Origin: a virus
Virus record (IMG/VR): IMGVR_UViG_3300045988_008368
Coordinates: 1-24,706 of that record
DNA length: 24,706 bases
Strand: one strand, 5' to 3'
Below the pieces are notes generated by a model, which did no database searches, had not been told where the DNA came from, and saw only the letters and a list, made by a program, of their open reading frames with translations. Of this stretch, positions 8,132 to 15,045 are shown in pieces. The first letter of the stretch is position 1; each line of letters begins with the position of its first letter. The position numbers were made by a program, and so were the translations under genes.

Positions 8132-8676
8132 TGAAATTTGATTTACAAATGTTCGCAGAAGCAATGAAAGAATCAGTTGCAGGTAAACAGTTGATCTATC
8201 TTTTCAGAGTTGCAGAAGATTCAAAAAAAGAAGATGCTAGTGCAATTGCATTCCCAACAGAAAACGAACGAAACGTAACAAAAGATGCAGATACTACTGC
8301 TACAAAAGATGGAACTATTCGTACACCATCAGTGGCAGAAATTGAAATCACATCAACATCTGTTTTGGCAAAAGGTGATGCAATTATCGACAAATTAGAA
8401 AAAGCCATGTTGGCAGATAAGTTAGTCGAATGTTGGGAAGTAAACTTAGCAGAAGAAGGAACTGAAACAAATGTCGGCAAGTTTAAATCTAAATACTACC
8501 AAGGATATTTGACTGAATGCTCAATTTCATCAGAAGCAGAAGGAGTTGTTGAAGTTGATTTAACATTCGGGGCAAATGGAAATGGTGCAGATGGATATGC
8601 AACAGTAACTAAAGAGCAACAGGAAGTAGCATCTTACGTTTATAAGGATGTAACTAAAGAAACAGGAAACGTATAG
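8131..8676 (+). CDS. Major tail protein
   Basis: 181 aa, in the position between the tail terminator and the G/GT chaperone, followed by a terminator hairpin as is common for highly expressed tail tube genes. The N-terminus MKFDLQMFA carries the same LQMFA motif as the capsid protein. Confidence 0.8.
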   Translation: MKFDLQMFAEAMKESVAGKQLIYLFRVAEDSKKEDASAIAFPTENERNVTKDADTTATKDGTIRTPSVAEIEITSTSVLAKGDAIIDKLEKAMLADKLVECWEVNLAEEGTETNVGKFKSKYYQGYLTECSISSEAEGVVEVDLTFGANGNGADGYATVTKEQQEVASYVYKDVTKETGNV

Positions 8677-8682
8677 AACATA

Positions 8683-8703
8683 GGGGCAGAGATTGCCCCT
8701 TTT
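8683..8703 (+). terminator. Rho-independent terminator-like hairpin after the major tail gene
   Basis: GGGGCA (8683..8688), loop GAGAT, TGCCCC (8694..8699), then TTTT. Confidence 0.65.
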
Positions 8704-8733
8704 ATATTTGTATTTAGAAAGTGAGGACTTTGA

Positions 8734-9117
8734 ATGAGTAAATACATGGAAATTGAAGTAAATGGTGAAACATATCAACTAGTAGCAGGGTTTGGATTTT
8801 TACATGAAGTCAATAAAAGAGTGACTGTAGATGTACCAAACACTAAAAACAAAAAAGAAGTAGGTTTGAAGTTTATGGTCGCAAGCATCATGGATGGAGA
8901 TATTGATGCATTAGTCGATTGTATCTTCTGTATGAATATTGGGCAAACACCACGTTTAAATAAAGCATACATTGAAAGATATTTAGAAGATGTAGAAGAT
9001 ATCGACAAAGTTTTTGAGGACGTAATCAATTTTTTATCTCAAGCGAATGCGTGCAAGAAAGAAGTGAAATCACTGATGACGAGCATGCAGAAAGAAGAGA
9101 AAGAAGAGAAGAAATAG
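8734..9117 (+). CDS. Tail assembly chaperone (gpG analogue)
   Basis: 127 aa between the major tail protein and tape measure genes. It overlaps a downstream ORF in the -1 frame, the classic G/GT arrangement. Confidence 0.8.
   Translation: MSKYMEIEVNGETYQLVAGFGFLHEVNKRVTVDVPNTKNKKEVGLKFMVASIMDGDIDALVDCIFCMNIGQTPRLNKAYIERYLEDVEDIDKVFEDVINFLSQANACKKEVKSLMTSMQKEEKEEKK
9030..9036 (+). promoter_or_regulatory. Candidate -1 programmed ribosomal frameshift heptamer T_TTT_TTA
   Basis: In the G frame the codons are aaT TTT TTA, an X_XXY_YYZ heptamer. The -1 frame is open from 9018 (after TGA 9015..9017) to 9461, so this heptamer lies within the permissive overlap 9018..9117. Confidence 0.6.
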
Positions 9118-9461
9118 ACGAAACATTTGATGAAATGTATGAGCGTGTCGCTTTGACTTGTTTTAGATATCTAGACTTCAAAAGTTTGGATCAGGTAAAT
9201 AATCTTACCCCTCACGAATATCGCCTTTTAATGAAGGCCAAAGAGCTACAAATGGTGGATGATCAGTATTATCTGCATTTGCAAGCGTACCTAAATATGA
9301 CTGCACAAGCTAAAAAGCAAGTGGGCAAGAAACAGAAAATGGTATACACGAAATTTAGCAAGTTCTTTGACTATCAGAAAGAGTTGGATCGTGTCATGGG
9401 AATAAAGAAACAAAGCAAGTTTGATAAGTTGGCAGAGTTCATAAATAAAAAGGAGGGATAA
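9036..9461 (+). CDS. Frameshift extension of the tail assembly chaperone (gpT part of the G-T fusion, joined to 8734..9036)
   Basis: The track ORF 9051..9461 is in the -1 frame relative to 8734..9117, has no convincing RBS of its own, and ends 2 nt before the tape measure start. The predicted fusion is about 242 aa. Confidence 0.7.
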   Translation: MSSECVQERSEITDDEHAERRERREEIDETFDEMYERVALTCFRYLDFKSLDQVNNLTPHEYRLLMKAKELQMVDDQYYLHLQAYLNMTAQAKKQVGKKQKMVYTKFSKFFDYQKELDRVMGIKKQSKFDKLAEFINKKEG

Positions 9462-9463
9462 CA

Positions 9464-12286
9464 ATGGCAGAAAGTTTTAGTGTTGAAGCCATACTAACGG
9501 CAACCGATAAGAATATGACCTCAACCATGAACAAAGCTATAGGAGCGTGTCAGTCGTTTGGTGATAGAGTTAAATCTATCGTTGCAGGTGTCGGCATAAC
9601 AAAAGCTATTGGCGCAACAATGAACGTTCTTAGCTCATCCATGGATGGTGCTATCACAAGATTTGATACCATGCAATCCTATCCAAAAGTTATGAAGTCT
9701 TTGGGGTTTTCAATTGAACAATCTCAAAAGAGTGTTGCAAAGTTAAATCAGTCAGTACAAGGCTTACCTACAAACTTGGCAGATGTTGTAACAACATCTA
9801 AGTCGTTGGCTGCCGTTACAAGTAATATAGATAAGGCAACTGATACTACAATTGCATTAAATCATGCGTTTTTAGCGAGCGGTTCAAGCTCAGAAGATGC
9901 ATCACGTGGATTACAACAGTATTCACAGATGCTTGCTAAAGGTACAGTTGATATGCAATCATGGAGAACCTTACAAGAAACAATGGCACCAGCATTAACT
10001 AAAGTTGCAAAGAAACTAGGTATTACAAGTGGTAATGCAAATGAATTGTACGATGCATTACAGAATGGAACGATTACATTTGATCAGTTTAATGATGCAA
10101 TGATTGAATGTGATACAGAAACAGGTGGCTTTGCAGAAACTGCATTAGAAGCATCTAAAGGTATTAAAACTTCTATGACTAACATCAAGAGTGCAGTACA
10201 AAACTTAGAACAAGGGTTCTTGTCTGCAATGAATAACATGTTGAAGTCAAAAGCCATGGGTGGATTAGTTGATAATCTAGAAAAGATTAAATCTAAAATC
10301 TATGACTTTAGAAATTCAATCATGGAATCCAAGGATGATGGTTTGACATGGGACTTTAAGCCTGGAGTCTTGGAGAATGTATCAAAAGCTATGGATTGGC
10401 TTGCAGATAGAGCAAACAATGCTAAAGCTATGGTCCAACAATTCTATGATGGATTTATGAAGACAGATGCAGTACAAAACGCTATTACATTGTTCGACAA
10501 AGTCAAAGATGCTATTGGAAATGTAATGGATAAGTTGCAAGACAGTAAAGTCTTTGAGCAGTTAGGACAAGACATTGGAAATATCATTGCAAAAGTAGAA
10601 GATGTAACTGGCAAAATTGCAAATTTCATAGCAAATCTTAAAACGGAAGATGTTAAGAGATTTGCAAGTGCAGTCAAATTATTGGCAGGAGCATTTGTTG
10701 CGATCAAAGTCGGTAGCAAAGTATCTAGTATGATTAGTGGTGTCGTTGGCACGGCTAAAGGTGGATATTCAAAGTTAAAATCAATTATTGACAAAATCAG
10801 AGGATTAGGAGAAAAACCAACTCAAGAAATACCTGGACAATTACCACAAAATGGTACTCCAAGTGACGGTATTGGTGATGCAACAATGCGAACTGCTCAG
10901 AAAACATCTAAAGCTGCACAGATTATTAATTCTGCATTTGAAGGAATTTCAAATGTTATTACTTCGGTATGTGAAGGTGTAAAAGGAATTATAACAGGTC
11001 TAGGAGAAGCTATTAGTACTGCTTTTCAAGGTATCGGACAAGGCGTTAAATCGGCTTTGGAAGGAGTCGGAACAGTCATTGAATCGCTTGGTACTGCAAT
11101 CAGTACGGTAGCACAAGGTATTGGACAAGGGTTAGCAACTGCATTTACAGGATTAGGAACTGCAATCGCAATGGTGCCACCAACTACATGGCTTGCGTTG
11201 GCAGCGGCTATTCTAGCAACTGGTGCTGCAATGGCATTGGTTGGATCACAAGGTGAAGGTTTACAAATGGTTCTTCAGGGTGTTGCAGATGTTGTTTCTG
11301 CGTTTGGACCTGTTATCAAAGAAGTATTTGAAGGTATCAGTGGTGTAATTACATCATTCGGTGAAACAGTAAGTGGAATCTTAAACTCAGTATCAGGAGT
11401 GATTGAATCTATTGGCCAATCGGCATTAAATGCTGGTAAAGGATTTAAAGAATTAGCTAAAGGTATTCAGATTATTACTGGTTTAAATTTGTTTGATATG
11501 GGAGCTAGCTTAGCTGCAGTAGCAACCGGAATAGGAGCTATATCTGCAGCTTCTGTAGGCATAGGGAGCGCTGGTACTCAGATGATGGCCCTTGTAACTG
11601 CTATTGGTATGGTAGGTACTACATTTGCCAGTACGTCAGCTACAGTGACAAACTCATGCAATAACATTATCAGTGCAATGTCTGCAGCAGAAGCTAGGGC
11701 TTCAACTTCAGGAACTGCAATGGGCACTAAGTTTACATCAGGACTTAAAGGAAGCTTATCAAAGAGTGTTTCAGTAGCACGATCTTCATGTACTAACATC
11801 ATTAGCGCATTCAATGCGTGCCAGTCTAAATCTTATTACTGTGGTCAGATGATTGGTCAAGGATTGGCGAATGGTTTAAGAGCTAGTGAAGGTACTGTTA
11901 GAGCTGCGGCCGCTAGTTTAGCAGCAGCTGCAGATGCCGCAATTCGTGCAAAAGCTAAGATTGGCTCACCATCTAAAATTGCAGATAAAGATGGTATGTG
12001 GTGGGGTAAAGGATATCGCAATGGTATTTTAGGAATGGTTCCTCAGGTTAAAAAGGCTGCAGAGAAGTTATTATACCTTCCACTAATGAGCGCTCCTAAA
12101 ATGACTTTTGGAGGTGTTGTGAGTGATATGAATGCAGAATACGATTACACTAGCAACGTTCAATTAACGGTTGAAACACCACTTTACATTAATGATCGTG
12201 AATTTGCACGTGCAACATATAGAGCAAATCAGAATGAGATTAACAGAAATGCAAAGCTTAATGAGAGATTGCGAGGTAACAGATAA
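9464..12286 (+). CDS. Tail tape measure protein
   Basis: 940 aa, the longest ORF after the chaperone. It has a helical N-terminal half, Gly/Ala-rich hydrophobic repeats (GIGQGVKSALEGVGTVIESLGTAISTVAQGIGQGLATAFTGLGTAIA...) and a C-terminal AKIGSPSKIADKDGMWWGKGY motif typical of TMPs. Confidence 0.9.
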   Translation: MAESFSVEAILTATDKNMTSTMNKAIGACQSFGDRVKSIVAGVGITKAIGATMNVLSSSMDGAITRFDTMQSYPKVMKSLGFSIEQSQKSVAKLNQSVQGLPTNLADVVTTSKSLAAVTSNIDKATDTTIALNHAFLASGSSSEDASRGLQQYSQMLAKGTVDMQSWRTLQETMAPALTKVAKKLGITSGNANELYDALQNGTITFDQFNDAMIECDTETGGFAETALEASKGIKTSMTNIKSAVQNLEQGFLSAMNNMLKSKAMGGLVDNLEKIKSKIYDFRNSIMESKDDGLTWDFKPGVLENVSKAMDWLADRANNAKAMVQQFYDGFMKTDAVQNAITLFDKVKDAIGNVMDKLQDSKVFEQLGQDIGNIIAKVEDVTGKIANFIANLKTEDVKRFASAVKLLAGAFVAIKVGSKVSSMISGVVGTAKGGYSKLKSIIDKIRGLGEKPTQEIPGQLPQNGTPSDGIGDATMRTAQKTSKAAQIINSAFEGISNVITSVCEGVKGIITGLGEAISTAFQGIGQGVKSALEGVGTVIESLGTAISTVAQGIGQGLATAFTGLGTAIAMVPPTTWLALAAAILATGAAMALVGSQGEGLQMVLQGVADVVSAFGPVIKEVFEGISGVITSFGETVSGILNSVSGVIESIGQSALNAGKGFKELAKGIQIITGLNLFDMGASLAAVATGIGAISAASVGIGSAGTQMMALVTAIGMVGTTFASTSATVTNSCNNIISAMSAAEARASTSGTAMGTKFTSGLKGSLSKSVSVARSSCTNIISAFNACQSKSYYCGQMIGQGLANGLRASEGTVRAAAASLAAAADAAIRAKAKIGSPSKIADKDGMWWGKGYRNGILGMVPQVKKAAEKLLYLPLMSAPKMTFGGVVSDMNAEYDYTSNVQLTVETPLYINDREFARATYRANQNEINRNAKLNERLRGNR

Positions 12287-13812
12287 TGTATGCATTCGTA
12301 AATACAGTAAATAGTGGCATCGTCGGTACTAACCTACCGACAGAAGCCATGTCATATAATGGCGTATATTTAGAAAATGAAATAGATGGATATCGTACAC
12401 TTTCTGTAACAGGACGTGAGTTGATGGAATCAGAAGTAAAACATACTGAAATTGATGGAATGGATGGTTCTTATTACAGATATAAAACAACTCCTGCAAG
12501 AACGATTACTGTTAAATATCAGTTGAGAGCAAGAGGAAACAGAGAATTTCGAGAAGCTTACAACAAGATGAATAAATTGTTGAGTGGCGAGCAAGTAAAA
12601 GTCATTTTTAATGATGAAAGCGACAAGTATTTCATTGGAACTAAGACATCTAACACACAAGTTGATGGCGGAAGTAATAACGTAATCGGTGAAATCGAAA
12701 TCTATTGCTCAGACCCTAGGAAATATTCAACTGCAGAAAAAGAGTTCACTGCAACGGATGGAGTGTTAAACATTGTCAATGAAGGAACTGTACCTGTAAG
12801 TATTGATTATGAGGTTCAGACAACATCTGAAACCGGATATATTGGTATCGTATCAACTGAAGGAGTGATGCAGTATGGAAAGATTGAAGAATTAGATGGC
12901 GAAACATATCAGAACAGTGAATGTTTAGCTACAATCGATAGTTTTTATAATTGTGCAGATGATAAAAGTGGAACGGATATAATGCATCCACAGTACGGCG
13001 CTAATGGAACTTGTGCTAAAAAAAGTTGGTTTGGTCAAAACTTTCTAGGCTTTGGAACAGTCGGAACAAAAAAGGGGAATGCTAGTGGTGGATTAAGAAC
13101 GCTAGTAATACCTGCAGATTCAAATGGAGATTCAAGTGGTGCACAGAACTTCTATTGTTATTTTCATTTGTTGTTTTATGCAGGACTTATGGGTCAGACT
13201 GGTGAAATGTGCATCAACTTCTTGACTGCAGATAACAAATTGATTTGTGGATGTAACTTTTATAAAACAGATACAGTCGGAAATACAGGTCACTATGAAA
13301 TATGGGCGAATGGCAAGATGTTGAGAAATTGGAACTATACTACTTCTCATTTACAATCTCAAAATCCGTGGTATTGGAATTGGGGACATTGCGATATCTT
13401 GAAAGAAGGCGGAAATATCCGCTTCTTCTATTACGGAGGATATTACAATTATTACATTCCAGAGATTTCAAATATGAAGTGTGCCAAGATTCAAGTTGCT
13501 TTCAAACAATGGGGTAATCGAGGTGGAAATCAATTGATGTCTATGATGGGATTTGATGTAATCAATTATTTCAAAAATAATGTATCAAAATGGAGAAACA
13601 TCCCCAACAGATATCCTAATGGTACAAAAATCACGATTGATGGCAAGTCATCTCATGTTTATGTGAATGGTATGGCTAGACCTCAAGATGAGGTGCTAGG
13701 AACTAAGTATTTTAAAGCACCAGTAGGAACTACAGAGATAAAGACTACGTGCTCAAGCTGGTCAAAATCGAAGCCGACAGTGAAAGCTAGAATAAGGGAG
13801 GCATGGTTATAA
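12286..13812 (+). CDS. Distal tail protein (Dit), extended ('evolved') form
   Basis: It follows the TMP gene with a 1-nt overlap. The N-terminal ~170 aa (SYNGVYLENEIDGYRTLSVTGRELMESEV...) resemble the siphovirus Dit / phage tail family. At 508 aa it is about twice the size of a minimal Dit, which implies inserted domains. Confidence 0.7.
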   Translation: MYAFVNTVNSGIVGTNLPTEAMSYNGVYLENEIDGYRTLSVTGRELMESEVKHTEIDGMDGSYYRYKTTPARTITVKYQLRARGNREFREAYNKMNKLLSGEQVKVIFNDESDKYFIGTKTSNTQVDGGSNNVIGEIEIYCSDPRKYSTAEKEFTATDGVLNIVNEGTVPVSIDYEVQTTSETGYIGIVSTEGVMQYGKIEELDGETYQNSECLATIDSFYNCADDKSGTDIMHPQYGANGTCAKKSWFGQNFLGFGTVGTKKGNASGGLRTLVIPADSNGDSSGAQNFYCYFHLLFYAGLMGQTGEMCINFLTADNKLICGCNFYKTDTVGNTGHYEIWANGKMLRNWNYTTSHLQSQNPWYWNWGHCDILKEGGNIRFFYYGGYYNYYIPEISNMKCAKIQVAFKQWGNRGGNQLMSMMGFDVINYFKNNVSKWRNIPNRYPNGTKITIDGKSSHVYVNGMARPQDEVLGTKYFKAPVGTTEIKTTCSSWSKSKPTVKARIREAWL

Positions 13813-14987
13813 TGGAAAATATAAGAATCGCAGTATTAACTCCTTATGACAAAGTTCTAACGTTTCTAGACAACACAGTAACTAGTTGTATGCATTATTT
13901 TGATGAAACATTGCATACATACTTGAAAGGCTCAGCATATACATTTGAATTCACTACATTGACTGCACATGATGATGCAGCCTTTTTAGTTGAAGGAAAT
14001 AAACTGAGCTTTACAAGAAAAAACAAAGGCTACTACTTAACTATCATGAACGTTGAAAAGGGCGGTGATACAACAACTGTTACCGCCTATGGTCTTTGTC
14101 TTGAGTTAACAAACGAATATGTAGATGCATATAAAGCTCCTAGAGCTATGTCATTTGCGGAATATGTAAATGCGTATGGATTTGAGCAATCGTTTGTGAT
14201 TGGAAAAAATGAAGTATCAGATAAACGTATTACACACGAATGGACTGGCAGTGATACAGTGCTTGCAAGATTGTATTCAATCGCAAATGTATTTGATGCA
14301 GAGCTAGAGTTTGTTACTCAATTAAATGATGATTACTCGTTGAAGAATGTTGTGTTGAATATTTACAGAGCGCATTCAGATTCCGCTCAAGGAATGGGAA
14401 GTGATAAACGCAGTACGATCTTAAGATATCCTAATGATGTTTACGGAATCACTAAAACAAGTGATATTACAGAGTTGTATACAGGTATCAGACCTACGGG
14501 TAATAATGGGTTACAACTTAACTCGATTAGTGGCCGTGTTGTAAAAGATTCAAATGGAAATGTTTTGTATAAAGTTCAAGGTAACAATATACTTGCACCT
14601 CAATCTAGAGATAGATTTCCTTCAACATTGCTTACAAATCATTCAAACGATATGTATGCAGTGCTAGTGTGGTCTTATGAAACAGACAGTGTAGAAACCT
14701 TATATGGTCAAGCTTTGGCTCAATTGAAAAAGAATTGTGTTCCTAAAGTTACATACGATGTAGATGCATATATTGATGCAGATATCGGTGATACGTTTAC
14801 TATCGAAGATGCAGAGTATAGTCCTACATTGTATTTAGAAGCACGAATTACAGAACAAGAGATTTGTTTCACGGATTCCGAGAAGTGCAAGACTATTTTT
14901 GACAACTTTGAAGAAAAACAATCGCAGATTAGTTCGGCTCTTATTTCAGAAATGAACAAGATGATTGAGTTAAAAAAAAGTTTATGA
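13803..14987 (+). CDS. Tal / phage minor structural protein N-terminal (Prophage_tail-like) domain; upstream part of a split tail-fibre gene
   Basis: 394 aa after Dit. The start MENIRIAVLTPYDKVLTFLDN ... TAYGLCLELTNE resembles the anti-receptor N-terminal region of Lactococcus/Streptococcus phage Tal proteins. It ends 8 nt after an A8 tract, where the +1 frame continues the protein. Confidence 0.75.
   Translation: MVIMENIRIAVLTPYDKVLTFLDNTVTSCMHYFDETLHTYLKGSAYTFEFTTLTAHDDAAFLVEGNKLSFTRKNKGYYLTIMNVEKGGDTTTVTAYGLCLELTNEYVDAYKAPRAMSFAEYVNAYGFEQSFVIGKNEVSDKRITHEWTGSDTVLARLYSIANVFDAELEFVTQLNDDYSLKNVVLNIYRAHSDSAQGMGSDKRSTILRYPNDVYGITKTSDITELYTGIRPTGNNGLQLNSISGRVVKDSNGNVLYKVQGNNILAPQSRDRFPSTLLTNHSNDMYAVLVWSYETDSVETLYGQALAQLKKNCVPKVTYDVDAYIDADIGDTFTIEDAEYSPTLYLEARITEQEICFTDSEKCKTIFDNFEEKQSQISSALISEMNKMIELKKSL
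14972..14979 (+). repeat. A8 homopolymer at the frame break between the Tal N-domain and the fibre body
   Basis: The sequence reads gag tta aaa aaa agt tta TGA. The +1 frame is open from 14974 and reads KKVYEGSIVSSNGVLFKNDSDSTKLTALVKDDGVDIT..., running straight into the track ORF 15046..17412. Confidence 0.85.
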
Positions 14988-15045
14988 AGGTTCGATTGTA
15001 TCTTCAAATGGGGTTCTTTTTAAAAATGATTCAGATTCAACTAAA

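Noticed and set aside
9051-9461. An independent 136-aa gene starting at GTG 9051
   Set aside because: It has no RBS. It lies in the -1 frame overlapping the chaperone gene, with a canonical slippery heptamer upstream. The G/GT frameshift model explains it better.
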